The notes under the pieces were generated by a model. It saw only the letters and a program-made list of their open reading frames with translations, was not told the origin of the DNA and made no database searches. Below are positions 14,260-28,750 of a stretch of 64,000 nt of DNA, in pieces. The DNA comes from Eledone cirrhosa (taxonomy: Eukaryota): assembly GCA_964016885.1 (NCBI GenBank), contig OZ024745.1:46314001-46378000 (forward strand). The letters are read 5' to 3'. How positions within the stretch are numbered: the first letter of the stretch is position 1; every line of letters starts with the position of its first letter. Both the position numbers and the translations under genes were made by a program.

Positions 14260-15830
14260 GGCTGGTGGTGGTGGTGGTGGTTGTGGTGGTGGTGTGGTGG
14301 TGGTTGTGGTGGTGGTTGTGGTGGTGGTTGTGGTGGTGTGGTGGTGGTGATGTGGGGGGGGGGGGGGGGGGGGTTGTGGTGGTGTGGTGGTGGTTGTGGT
14401 GATTGTTGTGGTGGTGTGGTGGTGGTTTTGGTGGTGTGGTGGTGGTTGTGGTTGTGGTGGTGGTGGTGGTGGTGGTGGTTGTGGTGGTGGTGGTGGTGTG
14501 GTGGTGGTTCTGGTGGTTGTGGTGGTTGTGGTGGTGGTTGTGGTGATTGTGGTGGTGGTGGTGGTGTGGTGGTGGTTGTGGTGATTGTGGTGGTGGTGGT
14601 GGTGGTTGTGGTGGTGGTGGTGGTTGTGGTGGTGGTTGTGGTGGTTGTGGTGATTGTGGTGGTGGTGTGGTGGCGGTGGTGGTGGTGGTGGTTGTGGTGG
14701 TTGTGGTGGTTGTTGTGGTTGTGGTTGTGGTGGTTGTGGTGGTTGTGGTGGTTGTTGTGGTTGTGGTTGTGGTGGTGTGGTGGTGGTTGTGGTGGTGTTG
14801 TGGTGGTTGTGGTGGTGGTTGTGGTGGTTGTGGTGGTTGTTGTGGTGGTGGTTGTGGTGGTTGTGGTGGTTGTTGTGGTGGTGGTTGTGGTGGTTGTTGT
14901 GGTTGTGGTTGTGGTGGTGTGGTGGTGGTTGTGGTGGTGTTGTGGTGGTTGTGGTGGTGGTTGTGGTGGTGGTTGTGGTGGTGTGGTGGTGGTTGTGGTG
15001 GTGGTGGTGGTGTGGTGGTGTGGTGGTGGTTGTGGTGGTGGTGGTGTGGTGGTGTGGTGGTGGTTGTGGTGTTAGTGGTGGTGGTTGTGGTGGTGGTTGT
15101 GGTGGTTGTGGTGGTGGTTGTGGTGGTGTGGTGGTGGTTGTGATGGTGGTTGTGGTGGTGGTTGTGGTGGTGTGGTGGTGGTTGTGTTGGTGGTGGTGGT
15201 GTGGTGGTGGTTGTGGTTGTGGTGGTGTGGTGGTGGTTGTGGTGGTGGTTGTGGTGGTGGTTGTGGTGGTGTGGTGGTGGTTGTGGTGGTGGTTGTGGTG
15301 GTGGTTGTGGTGGTGTGGTGGCGGTGGTGGTGGTTGTGGTGGTGGTGTGGTGGTGGTTGTGGTGGTTGTGGTGGTGGTTGTGGTGGTGGTGGTGGTGTGG
15401 TGGTGTGGTGGTGGTGGTGGTGATGGTTGTGGTGGTGGTTGTGGTGGTGTGGTGGTGGTTGTGGTGGTGGTGGTGGTGGTGTGGTGGTGGTTGTGGTGGT
15501 GGTGGTGGTGGTGTGGTGGTGGTTGTGGTGGTGGTTGTGGTGGTGGTTGTGGTGGTGTGGTGGTGGTTGTGGTGGTGGTTGTGGTGGTGTGGTGGTGGTT
15601 GTGGTGGTGGTTGTGGTGGTGTGGTGGTGGTTGTTGTGGTGGTGTGGTGGCGGTGGTGGTGGTTGTGGTGGTGGTTGTGGTGGTTGTGGTGGTTGTGGTG
15701 GTTGTGGTGGTGGTTGTGGTGGTGGTGGTGGTTGTGGTGGCTGTGGTGGTAGTGTGGGTAGTAATAATGGTGGTGGTACTGGTGGTGGTATTATTTGTTG
15801 TGATGGTAGCTGTGGTTGTTATGGTGGTGA
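14260..15830. repeat. 1.6-kb G/T-rich (GGT)n/(GGTTGT) simple-repeat array
   Basis: Direct reading; almost no A or C on the + strand. Confidence 0.95.
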
Positions 15831-16361
15831 TAGGGCAACATTTGAGTGAAATTTGGCTGCTTAGAAAACCCCTCATTTAACTGGTTTGGGCAGAAGGTAG
15901 TGATAGTAGTGGCAATGGTGAGGAACAGTAATTTCCCTTTATTAAAACAGACCAGTGGATATATAGATGGGATATCTTTGCCATATGGTTGCATTATATA
16001 AATATGGAGTAGGAAGATAGAATCAATCTAATGGTGGGGAGATTACTAAGAAAGAAAGAAGATAAATATTGAGATTGGGGAGAGTGAGAGAAGGAAAGTA
16101 AGAGTATCATGAACTGAAGAAGAGAGGAGATGGTGAGGGAGAAAGATATTAAAGGAAAACATGCACATATGTATATTCACACACATACAGTAATATATAT
16201 ATATATATATGTGTGTGTGTATATATATATATATAGAGAGAGAGAGATAGATATAGATATATATAGATAATATCAATGATGGTTGGCAAATCACTGACAA
16301 AGGACTATTTTTATCATATGTAACCCATGTGCAACCAGCAGTATTCTTCTTTCTTCTCATG

Positions 16362-16410
<49 letters not shown>

Positions 16411-16537
16411 AAAGTTATATTTAAATTGTTGGGTTACAACTAGTAAATATTTATAACTGATATAAAAGCACTCAACAAGTATTTGGAGTATATTTACGAT
16501 ATTAAATAAATGGAAACTATATTTATAAAACCATATT

Positions 16538-16603
16538 TATTTCATTATATATATTTCAGGGATATCATATTAACAATATGTTATGCCTTCCTCAGACAAA
16601 ATA
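16538..16603 (-). ncRNA. Type I hammerhead ribozyme motif
   Basis: Minus strand: tattttgt-CTGAGGA-agg..catatt(gtt)aatatg..cct-GAAA-tatata-TA-atgaaata; 8-bp stem I with G-U pairs; palindromic ATATATAT stem III. Confidence 0.7.
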
Positions 16604-16657
16604 CAATATAGACAGTTTTATAGATAAATAGATTTGACATACCGTTCAACATCGACT

Positions 16658-17590
16658 GTATTTTGTTAGAGATGCCTACTGGCTGGAGTAGGTTTTACTA
16701 TATATTTAGGTAAGGCGGGTCTTCTCTGTTACTGAGTACCGCCAAAGGTCTCGGTCCAGTGACATTGTCTTGGAGAGGTGTAAGTGTGTGATGTCGGAGT
16801 TTATCAGCTCGTCCCAGGTTTTTCTAGGTCTGCCTATTCCGTGACTACCGTCTATCTTTATTGCCCTGCACTTTGTTATACAGCTATCGACTTTCATGCG
16901 CATCACGTGTCCATACCAACGTAGCCTTCTCTCGAGTAAACAACATCTGATCCCTCTTATCTCTAATTTTTTCCTTAGTTCGTTTATGCTTTGCCGTTCA
17001 CGTATATTACTGTTACACATCCAGCGGAGCATGCAAGCTTCGTTCCTCTCTAGTCTGCGTATATCCTCTGCACACAATGCCCAGGTCTCACTGCCATGCA
17101 GCATTGCTGTTCGTATGCAGGCATCGTACAACCTGCCTTTCATTTTTAGTGAGAACCCTTTAGCAGCTAATAGTGGTATAAGCTCTCTGAACTTTTTCCA
17201 ACCAGTTCTGACTCTAGCTACAGTACTTTCAGAGCACCCTCCCCCACTGCTGATTTTATCGCCCAGGTAACGGAAGCTGTCCACTATTTCTATAGAACCC
17301 TCTGCGCAATTGAAAGAGCTAGTAGTTTGTGGGCACTTGCTGCTACTTATTGCACCAGAGCACCGGCCACATGTAAAATCTATGTTCTTAGTTAGCTTAC
17401 CTGTGATCCCACTACATCTTTTATGCACCCATACTTTGCATTTAGGACATAAAATGGAGTTTCTACCTACGCCTTTCCTACACACCGAGCACGACCATTT
17501 CCCAGAAGGGACCGCCGCCTTGTTTTCTTTCCTACAAACTAGTACTTTGGTCTTAGCCAGGTTAATTTTAAGTCCTTTTGACTCTAGGCC

Positions 17591-17591
<1 letters not shown>
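16658..17591 (-). mobile_element. RTE subfamily A 3' fragment (3'UTR cut short by the adjacent HHR-bearing insert)
   Basis: ORF 16706-17725 from GLESKGLKIN onwards. Confidence 0.9.
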
Positions 17592-17644
<53 letters not shown>

Positions 17645-17646
<2 letters not shown>

Positions 17647-17967
17647 AGGCACATGGCTTAGTGGTTAGAGCATCAGCCTTGCAATTCTCAGACCGGGTGA
17701 TGTGTTGTTTCCTTGAGCAAGACACTTTATTTCACATTGCTCCAGTTTACTCAGCTGTAGAAATGAGATGATAGGGACTGGGGTCCCTATCATTCCACTG
17801 CAAAGTGGTCGTGTAGGTGCCACGGCAAAAAAGCACTCAGCACTCACTGTAAATGAGGTTGGTGTTAAGAAGGGCATCCAGGTGTAGAAATCAAGCCAGA
17901 ATCAGTTCTCGCCCCACCCTTGCAAGCAGGGAAAAAGCGGACGTAAAATGAAATGAATGATGAAATG

Positions 17968-17968
<1 letters not shown>
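17645..17968 (+). mobile_element. SINE family 2 with a deletion in the head
   Basis: Aligns with 2303-2645. Confidence 0.85.
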
Positions 17969-18001
<33 letters not shown>

Positions 18002-18094
18002 ATTAGGAACGATCGACTTTCGTCAAATCGGACCGAGGAAACAATGTTTCCGTTAGTCTTTCCAATTGCTAATACTATCTATCGGTCGCAATTC

Positions 18095-18222
18095 CAGGTA
18101 GAAGGAGCAACGTGAAATAAAGTGTCTTGCCCAAGGACATAACGCATCGCCTGGTCCAGGAATCGAACTCACAACCTCACAATTGCGAATCCAATTCTTT
18201 AACCACTCAGCCACACGCCTTC
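18095..18222 (-). mobile_element. Related tRNA/V-like SINE head, truncated
   Basis: Reverse complement: tggctgagtgg...gagttcgattcc...ccttgggcaagacactt. Confidence 0.7.
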
Positions 18223-18227
18223 ACTGT

Positions 18228-18305
<78 letters not shown>

Positions 18306-18309
18306 TTAT

Positions 18310-18347
<38 letters not shown>

Positions 18348-18813
18348 CATATAAGTATATATAATAATTGTTTCTACTTTTGGCACAAGGCCAGCAACTA
18401 TCCCAGTGTATTACTGGTACTTTATTTTATTGACCCCCCCCCCCACCCCCGTAAGGATGAAAGGCATATAAGTATAGGTATATATATGTATGTGTGTGTG
18501 TGGGTGGGTGTGTATGTATATTCAATGTAGAGGCGCACAGGACAAAAACAATGGAAGAAATAACGGAAAGACGGATAGTCACATTTCCTCAGTCAACCTC
18601 TGGAAATTACTAGTTTCAGTGCATTAAGGTTGATACTGTTCATTCTAGTGTACACTGGGACATAACAAAACAGGTAGAGACAAGTTATGCCTTTAGGCAA
18701 ATTACACAAATATAGAGTGTGCAAGGGCTTAGCTAAAGGAGAAAAAATAGGAAGGAGAGAAATAGTAAAACATAAGCGAATAAAAATTCTACATTAGTAG
18801 AGTAGACATGCAG

Positions 18814-18844
<31 letters not shown>

Positions 18845-19005
18845 GGAGGTGAGTTTTATTGTAGTACAATAAAGCAATGCAGATATCGGATAAGAAGCAC
18901 TCTACAGTTTGTAGGACTGGAGTATACATAATATACATAGTATACATAATACATTTAAAACTGAACTATCAACAAGTGTTTTTTAGCCTTCATATCATGT
19001 CTTCC

Positions 19006-19076
19006 TGTTTTATCTGATGAAAACACAAATATTATTGCATGATGATATTTGTTTTTGAAATGCGCATAATAAAATA
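19006..19076 (+). ncRNA. Type I hammerhead ribozyme with canonical core and long stem II
   Basis: tgttttat-CTGATGA-[16-bp stem II, 1 mismatch, gcat loop]-GAAA-tgcgca-TA-ataaaata; ATGCGCAT palindrome; AUA cleavage triplet; lies in a ~270-bp insert between (TA)n tracts. Confidence 0.8.
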
Positions 19077-19199
19077 CATGGAACTCCTTTAACCATCTTT
19101 TGTTCTTATATATTATATATAAATATATATATGATGGGATGTCTCATTATATATCGACATATGCAGGTTCAACAGTCTTCTCAGTTCATTTTATTTGGT

Positions 19200-20520
19200 T
19201 ATGCCTTAAATAGCACTTTAGTCAAGATGCTGATTTACACATTAAGCCACATTTAGTGCAAATAGTAGGATTTTGAACGGAGAAGGATGGAATAGTTGAC
19301 CAGAGGAGATTTTTCAAAGTTCTTTATACTTTCATGGCAGGCAGTTCTCCATTTTTCAGTCAGCAGCTAGAGCTTCAAAAGAAGTAAGAGATATGTTCAC
19401 AGATTTAACATTGTATTTCAGTTTGTCTTTATATCTAAATAATGAATTGCCTACATTATGTGCACCATTATGATGTTGACTGTATAAGAGTACCTTGGCT
19501 GTACCTTCATCAGTCATCTGTAGGAGATGACAAAACTATCTGAGTTGGGATTGCATCAGAAGTGACACAATCCCACTGATATTGCACCTTGTGAAGAGAT
19601 CGAAATTGGAGAATATGTCAGAAAGTGCATAACCACAGATAGATTGATGACAATGTTTGTGGACGACATCAAGCTTATAAATGGAGGTGCAATAAAGTGA
19701 CCATGATTCTGAGCTGTATAAGAGTGCTGTCAGTACCACTGCACGATAAACTTTAACTTTTGTTTTTAGGGATATACCTTGTACACCCCATAAACGATGA
19801 TGTAGTTTATTAAAGGTGTCAGTTGCTTTAGAGATGTGAAGTAAAGGAGTTTACTTACTTCAGATTTTGCCATCAACAGTGATGGGAACATGGAGATACC
19901 CATACCCCAGCTGTTCTTGCCCAGCATCTACTTGTCTGGGGGTGGTTGGCCTTGGTTGATGCACCACCTCGGTCTTCTTAATGCTGATTGTTATACCAAA
20001 CACTTTACAGGCAAGCATGAAGCATTTCATCAATTCTTATACATCTTCAGGGGATATTGCAACAAGTGCAGCATCATCAGCAAACAGAATATCACAAATA
20101 ACACTTGTTCGTGTAAGTGTTTAACCTTACAGCATAGTGGTTGAATAACCCACCTGATGTACAGAAGTCAAGTCTGTCACCAGTGTCAAAGTCACCTACA
20201 GAGAAGAACAAAGCAAAGAGAACCAGAGCCATGACACAACTCTGCTTCATACCGTTTGTGACACCAAAGGATTCAGAGCATTCGCCATTTAACATAATTG
20301 ATGCTTTCATGCCCTCATGGAAAGACATAACATTCAGCATATTGTTAGGTATGCCAAACTTTTTGAGGATTTTCCAGAGAGCTTTGCAATTGTCAGAGTC
20401 AAAGGCTTTGGTCAAGTCGACAAAAACCATAAACAGTTCCTGGTACTTTTCATGAACCTTCTCTGTAACCTGGTAAAGGGAGGAAATCATGTCAATACTA
20501 CCTTGACCTGTGCAGAAACA
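19200..20520 (-). pseudogene. Old, decayed RTE (BovB-like) LINE RT fragment
   Basis: FVDLTKAFDS, GVTNGMKQSCVMA and LLYSSESW motifs in broken frames. Confidence 0.75.
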
Positions 20521-21260
20521 ACTATATTACTATTACACATCCATCAAAGTATGCCAGATTCATTTCTTTCCAATCTTCACAGTCCTCTGCATATATATAT
20601 ATATGTGTGTATGTATGTATATATATTATATATATATATGATGGCTGCCCCCTCGTTATCGAGTATGGCCATTGCACGATATACCATTATTAATAATTAT
20701 TAATTAATTCTATCGTGCAATGCCTGTGCGTGGAGAGATTTTTTAAAGTGAGGAAAGACTGTGCACTGAGCCAATCCCACTCTCTGAGCGACAGTAGCTA
20801 TAACCCGAAAAGAAGAAAAGATCAACATCATCGGTAACTACTGAGCCTCAGGTTTTATATCGGAGTTATCCCAGTTTCCTGAGTTGCCTTCTCCTAGAAG
20901 AATGCCCTGACAAAGGCTAGGGGTCTTTCACTCCCAGTGATTTAACCGCGCAATCGGGTGTCCAGCCTGACTAGTTCTATGTCCCCATGCATAAACATAC
21001 ACATGCACCCATGCATATACACATATACATAAACGCACATATGTACATGTGTATATACATATTTTCACTCTTGAGTGTTACTGGTAACATGTAACCCAGT
21101 ACAACCTGTCACATGGTTGGGTCGTCGGCTACTTAATTGGCAACTCCACCAAGTTTACTTGGTAAGGAGGGTGATTTTGGACACCCTGCAGGACAAAAAG
21201 CAAAACCTGTCAAAGAGCGGAAGAACTCATAAGAGTCAACGGCCATCCAAAAGTGTGTAA

Positions 21261-21303
<43 letters not shown>

Positions 21304-21306
<3 letters not shown>

Positions 21307-21902
21307 CTATGATCGTCAGCAAATCACTGATGAGGGACTTATTTTATTACATGTTATCCATGTGCAACCAGCAGTATTCTTCTCCCCATTTTTTCACATA
21401 TATTTACCTAAACTGCGATTCTGTTTTTTTTCTCTCTCTCTCTCTTACTGCTCCCTTGCTCTCTCTGTTTCTCCTACTTTCTTTCGCCCCCTCTGTCATG
21501 TCAGTTAACTCTTCCTCACACTTCCACTCACTCACTGTTTCTCCTCTTCTCACTTCACCCCGTTCGCGACGAAAACATTTTCTCTCTTTCTCACATTTGA
21601 ATTCGCTCCTGAAAGGTCTTTTTTCTAAGCGCTCATATATTCACCTAGCTTATGCTAACAGAATAACTATGAAGCTTGTTCCCTTCCTTCTATGGTTAGC
21701 TATCCTCTTTGTTGTTATCTTGTCTCACTCGCTTTACGCGTTTTAATTGTCCTAATAACTTAATTTAGTTATTATTGCACCGACGTGAGGTATATGATTT
21801 TTAATGCAATGAAATATCTATGATCGTCGGCAAATCACTGATGAGGGATTTATTTTATTACATGTTATCCATGTGCAACCAGCAGTATTCTTCTCCCCAT
21901 TT

Positions 21903-21909
<7 letters not shown>
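21304..21909 (+). mobile_element. 511-bp non-coding element with about 95-bp terminal redundancy
   Basis: 21306-21401 is repeated at 21817-21909; other copies at 48089, 54427(-) and a partial at 16270. Confidence 0.75.
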
Positions 21910-21956
<47 letters not shown>

Positions 21957-22059
21957 GTAAGAAACTCAGGAAAGCTGGTGGACAGCAGGTCTTCAGAGAA
22001 GAAACTCTACTTAAGCAAGTATTTCGGCCCTTAACTTCTGAAATATATGTTTATACCTT

Positions 22060-22485
22060 TTGGTCTTTTCCCACCACCTGGCAGCCATAACATTGCACCT
22101 CTTGCTCTGTCAACTACATTCTTCTGCTCTTGATGACCAGACTCAGGCATGTGGCATTGGCTCTTTGAAGCACATCTTCATTTGTGATCTTGTCTTTCTA
22201 TCTAATGCCAAAGATCTTTCAGAGGCATCTTTGTTGGAAAGTATCAAGCTGTTTTTTTTTCAGTTCTAGCAGTACTCTTCCATGTGTCAGCACCATAGGT
22301 TATTGTTGAGATAGCAATTGACCAGAATAACCTTAATTTCATTTGTGATGTGAGCTTCTTTGATTACCATATTGATTGGAGTTTGTTGAATACTCCAGTA
22401 CCTTTGGCTATCTTTGTTTTATGTCAGCTTCAGTATTGCCATCTGCTGTCTGAATACTACTAAGATATGTGAAGTGTTGAACCAC
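22060..22485 (-). pseudogene. Decayed RTE 3' ORF fragment
   Basis: VVQHFTYLSSIQTADGNTEADIKQR resembles the RTE VxxFxYLGS..EIxxRI motif. Confidence 0.55.
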
Positions 22486-22487
22486 TA

Positions 22488-23750
22488 GTGGCAGTGGTGG
22501 TGGTGGTGGTGGTGGTGGTGGTGTTGACAATGGTGTTGGTTGTGGCAGTGGTGGTGGTGGTGGTGTTGACAATGGTGTTGGTTGTGGCAGTGGTGGTGGT
22601 GGTGGTGGTGGTGGTGGTGTTGACAATGGTGTTGGTTGTGGCAGTGGTGGTGGTGGTGGTGGTGGTGGTGGTGGTGTTGACAATGGTGTTGGTTGTGGCA
22701 GTGGTGGTGGTGGTGGTGGTGGTGGTGGTGGTGGCGGTGTTGGCAGTGATGATGGTAGCAGTGGTGTTGGTGTTGGCAGTGGGGTTGGTGTCAGTGGTGG
22801 TGGTGTTGGCAGTGGTGTTGGTGTCAGTGGTGGTGGTGGTGGTGATGGTGGGGTAGTGGTACTGGTGTCAGTGGTGTTGGTTGTGGCAGTGGTGTTGGTG
22901 TTGGCAGTGGTGGTGGTGTCAGTGGTGGTGGTGATGGTGGGGTAGTGGTACTGGTGTCAGTGATGTCAGTGGTGTTGGTTGTGGCAGTGGGGTTGGTGTT
23001 GGCAGTGGTGTTGGTGTCAGTGGTGGTGGTGGTGGTGATGGTGGGGTAGTGGTACTGGTGTCAGTGGTGTTGGTTGTGGCAGTGGTGTTGGTGTTGGCAG
23101 TGGTGTTGGTGTCAGTGGTGGTGGTGGTGGTGATGGCGGGGTAGTGGTACTGGTGTCAGTGGTGTCAGTGGTGTTGGTTGTGGCAGTGGTGTTGGTGTTG
23201 GCAGTGGTGGTGGTGTCAGTGGTGGTGGTGGTGATGGTGGGGTAGTGGTACTGGTGTCAGTGGTGTTGGTTGTGGCAGTGGTGTTAGTGTTGGCAGTGGT
23301 GTTGGTGTCAGTGGTGGTGGTGGTGATGGTGGGTAGTGGTACTGGTGTCAGTGGTGTTGGTTGTGGCAGTGGTGTTAGTGTTGGCAGTGGTGTTGGTGTC
23401 AGTGGTGGTGGTGGTGATGGTGGGGTAGTGGTACTGGTGTCAGTGGTGTTGGTTGTGGCAGTGGTGTTAGTGTTGGCAGTGGTGTTGGTGTCAGTGGTGG
23501 TGGTGGTGATGGTGGGTAGTGGTACTGGTGTCAGTGGTGTTGGTTGTGGCAGTGGTGTTGGTGTTGGCAGTGGTGGTGGTGGTGATGGTGGGGTTGTGGT
23601 AGTGGTGTTGGTGGCGGTAGTGGTGGTGGTGATGGTGGTGGTGGGGTAGTTGTGTTGGTGTCAGTGGTGGTGGCAGTGGTATTGACAGTAGTGTTGAAGT
23701 AGTGTTGGCAGTGGTGGTGGGTGGTGGTAGGTGGCAGTAGTAGTGGTAGT
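22488..23750. repeat. G-rich compound minisatellite built on (GGT)n with higher-order units
   Basis: Recurrent gttgacaatggtgttggttgtggcagt and gtagtggtactggtgtcagtggtgttggttgtggca units. Confidence 0.9.
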
Positions 23751-23790
23751 TGTCCTATTCTAACTCAATAGTCATTTACCATAACATTAA

Positions 23791-24410
<620 letters not shown>

Positions 24411-24811
24411 TTCAGTATCTTTTCCTCACCCCCTCACATAGTCTGATGACGTCCATCGCCCCCATACCAGTAATTCGTGTAGGTTGTTTGTTTATACTGG
24501 GAGTGTTTGGCATGGTTGAAGGGAATAATTGGTTTTATTTTATGTCTTGTATATCATGTGGTGGGGAAGGTGGGGTGTAGGTTTAGGGTCTGTGTATGTT
24601 CATGGACAGTGTTGGCTTCATGTAGATTTGTTTGTATTCATAAAATATGCATATATGTATATATATATATGTGTGTGTATATACACATATATATGTGTAT
24701 GTATATACATATACATAAATATGTGTGTCTATATTTATTTATTTATATATATATCATCATCATCATCATGATTTTACGTCCGCTTTTCCCTGCTTGCAAG
24801 GGTGGGACTAT

Positions 24812-24845
<34 letters not shown>

Positions 24846-24911
24846 AAATGTATATGTCCATATTTATTATATTTATATATATATATAATCGTCATCATCA
24901 GATATATATAT

Positions 24912-24970
<59 letters not shown>

Positions 24971-25200
24971 TTTAAGGTTATCCAAGGAGAGGTTACGAGT
25001 AATCTGTACCGTGGAGGATTTTAACGTGCGGCGTTGGTTAACTCAACAAGATGTTGAGTATATATGTGTGTATATATATATGTATATCTAGTAAAATATC
25101 AGTAGATGTGAAAAAGGAAAAAGGAAAACAGTGATCAATCAGATATTTGATTGCTCTAACAGTGTGGGGAGATGGTCAAAATTGGACCTTGAAACCTTAA

Positions 25201-25420
25201 CCCTTTAGTATTCAAAACGGCCCAAACCGGCCAGAATTCTCTACCTCTTTCTGTTGAAACTGGCTGTAACTAGTCGTTCAAACTGATGTTAAGATATTGT
25301 TTTCAAAATAAATACTTTCAAAATCTCATAGATTCGATATTATGTGAGATAATTATGTGAGGTAAAGCCTTTACCATAAAAATATAATAGTATATATAAA
25401 ATAATGTGAGTGCTAAAGAG
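25201..25420. mobile_element. piggyBac-type MITE
   Basis: TTAA|ccctttagta ... tgctaaagag|TTAA: imperfect TIRs and TTAA target duplication. Confidence 0.7.
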
Positions 25421-25489
25421 TTAAGTCGTGCTTTGTTCCATGTATAAACATAAATAAATAAATTATGTATATACATATATGTTGGTACC

Positions 25490-25835
25490 GCAGAACATCC
25501 AGTCCACACTATAAAGTAGTCGTGTAGGTCTCACAACAAAAAGCACCCAGTCCACACAGTAAAGTGGACATGTAAAAAACATGGCAGAAAGTGCTCAGCA
25601 GACAATGTAAAGTGGTCATGTAGGAGACACAGTAAAAAGGCTCCCAGTCCACACAGTAAATGTGGTTGACGTTAGGAAGGGCATCCAACCGTAGAAAACT
25701 AGCCAGAAACAGTTCTATACAAGCGAGACACAGTCACCTGACCAATCTTGCCTCAAGTAGGACAAATCTGTCTAACCCATGCTAGCATGGAAGATGGACG
25801 TTAAACAATGATAATGATGACGATGATGATGATTA
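25490..25835 (+). mobile_element. RTE 3'UTR and tail fragment
   Basis: gttaggaagggcatcc...acccatgctagcatggaagatggacgttaaac(tga)n. Confidence 0.8.
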
Positions 25836-25837
25836 TA

Positions 25838-25871
<34 letters not shown>

Positions 25872-26028
25872 ACAACAACAACAGTATCAAATATATAATT
25901 CTCATACTCTTCCATACTCTTGGGTTCTCTCTTTTTTAAATCTCATTTTTCCCTCACTCAGAATATTGTTTGCTTTCTCTATCATTTAATATTATTTTCT
26001 TTCCCTATTAATATCAATACTATTTAAT

Positions 26029-26077
<49 letters not shown>

Positions 26078-26210
26078 TTCTTTCTCTCTTTCTATTCTCT
26101 CTCTCTCTGCTTTTTCCCTCTCTCCTCTCTCCCACTCTCTCACATTTTCATTGGATTTCTCTATCATATAATATCATTTTGTCTCCCAATTGATATTAAT
26201 ATCACTTAAT

Positions 26211-26274
<64 letters not shown>

Positions 26275-27434
26275 CTCTTCTTCCCTTTCTTTTTCTCTTC
26301 CTCTTTCTCACTACCTCTCTTCTTTCTCCTTTTTCCTCTTTCCTCCTTAAACGTAATATCTTTTTATTTAAAATCAATTGATACCATTTCTCTGTGTATA
26401 TGTGCATGAGTCTGTGTGTGTGTATGTGAGTGAGTACATGTACATGTGTATGTTTGGATGTGTATCTGTATATGTGTCTGTTTGGTTTAATACCTGAATG
26501 TGTGTATGATCTAATACCAATGTATGTGTGTATGTACTGTATATCTGTATATGTATGTGTGAATCTGTGTGATCAAATACCAACCACCATATGAATGTCA
26601 CTATATTTCTCTTTCTTCTCTCTTCTTTCCCTCCTTTCAAGATACACAAAGTCGCACACAGTTCTTACTATAATTACAAAATGTCCATCTATATTACTTG
26701 ACAAATTGTCATCTATTATAGCTTAGTGGTTAAACAGTCTGATTCACGATTGTGTGATTCACAATTGTGTGTTTGATTCCCATACCAGGCGATGTGTTGT
26801 CCCCTTCAGGAAGACTTTATTTCATGTTGCTCCAGTTCATTCATCGTCATCATCAATTAACGTCTATCTTCCATGCTAGCATGGGTTAGACAGAGAAACA
26901 AATTGTGATGTTATTAGTGCCAAGCTGTATTGGTCTTTGCCTTTCCATCAGTAGTGTGGAGAGGGGAGACTTGTATGCATGAGCAACTGCTGGTCTTCCA
27001 CAAAAACATCTTTGCCCCGGATTGTGCCTCAGAGAGGAAATATCTAGGTGCAAACACCATGGTCATTTGTGACCAAAGGAGGTCTTTACCCTTTAGTACT
27101 TTACAAATTATTATGTGTATTTAGCACTATATTAATAGTGATCTATACAGTAATTTATAAATTGCCATGTATATATATATACATAAATATGACCCTTATT
27201 GCTCCAAACACTTAGAACACTTAGAAAACACCCTAAACTAAACACCAACCTGAACTCATGACTCCTGCTAAACCATCCCCTCACCCGTAGCTCTATCATT
27301 AACTTCACTCATGTTATTTTGGTCAAATATCAGCCAAAATCAGCAGAAGAAATCCCTCTAAATTTATTACTTCAAAACAAAAAATGCTGAAAGGCCAAAT
27401 TTCTGCAACCTTAATGTAAACCAAATAATGCAAC

Positions 27435-28104
27435 CTCTAAAATTGTCAAGAGGGCTGAGGGTGTCTTAGCATCACTCAGCAAGACCTTTGTCAGCCGCTC
27501 TCCAGCTATCTATTTAAGGCTGTACATGGCTATGGTGCAGCCACACTTAGAATTTGCATCACCAGTCTGGTACCCCTATCTTGCTCAGAACATTGACCGC
27601 CTGGAAACTGTTCAGAGACGTGCAACCAAGCGAATACCCTCCATCAGGCATCTACCATACTCTGAACTCCTTGCTTCCCTGGACATGGATACAATGAAGC
27701 TCCGACGTCTGGCAACTGACTTGGTAAACACCCACAAAATTGTTAACCATCTTGCCAACAACAACCCTGAGTACCTTTTTGATTTCCATGTGTCTAAGAC
27801 ATGTGGGCATGCCCACAAAGTCAGAAAACAGTACAGTTCCCATGACTTTCGGAAACATTTTTCACGCTCAGAGTTGCTGAAGCATGGAACAAACTACCTG
27901 CATCAGTTGTTAGCTGTCGAGACACTGCATCCTTTAAAACCTCCATGCTTCCCGAGATTCGCCAACATTACACCTAATGTTCCCCCTCCATACACATACT
28001 GTTCACTTCCCTGACATTTGTATATTATTCTATGTACTATACATGCACCTTTGACCAGTTGTAGTGCACCTGATCACTTTACACAATAATTTCATTATTA
28101 TTAT
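27435..28104 (+). mobile_element. CR1-type LINE 3' fragment
   Basis: Near-identical to 58686-59385; (ATT)n tail. Confidence 0.9.
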
Positions 28105-28750
28105 ACTTTCTATTTCAAAGCAAATATGCTAAATATTTTTAGACATTAATGTAAATAAAATTAATTTCATAGCCATACGCTTTTCAATTGCAAACTTGAA
28201 TTAATCCCAGAATTTCTTAGAATCTCTCTTTCAGCACCAAGGCAACAAAGAAAATACCATATCAGAAACTTTTCTTCATATCCCTGTTCTACTATATGTA
28301 TTAAGAGATTTTCCACTTCTTTGTAAAAACATTCATCTGGCCACTTATCCTACTGTAACATATAATTTAACTGGAAAATAGATTGTATCCTAAATATATT
28401 TGTGTAAAGCTAGATGCAAAGAGCATCAAAGCTACCTTAGTCTTATTGTACCATCATCTATTGTCACTAGCATCTCACCACTCCTCTTGACTGTCACATC
28501 TAAATAATTAATCTTGCTAACATCACAACCATTCCTCTTCACCCTTCAGATAGATCTTGTGCATTAAAACATTGAAATGCTCATAATTAGAAACAAATAC
28601 ATCATCAATGTACCCAACTGTCTAGTTAGCCTTATTCTTCTAAACTTCCTTAACCATTCCAGATAACCAAACTCACAGGAAGATAAAACAAATCTGCCTG
28701 AAGCAAGCTACATTTTCCACACTTTATAAATTTTGTCACTTATATATATA

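Noticed and set aside
14260-15830. Interstitial telomere
   Set aside because: Not TTAGGG; an irregular GGT/TGT mixture
18580-18650. Minus-strand GAAActagTA and CTGAGGA (possible type II hammerhead)
   Set aside because: Stem I does not pair and stem II is weak
24440-24480. Isolated CTGATGA
   Set aside because: No downstream stem II or GAAA
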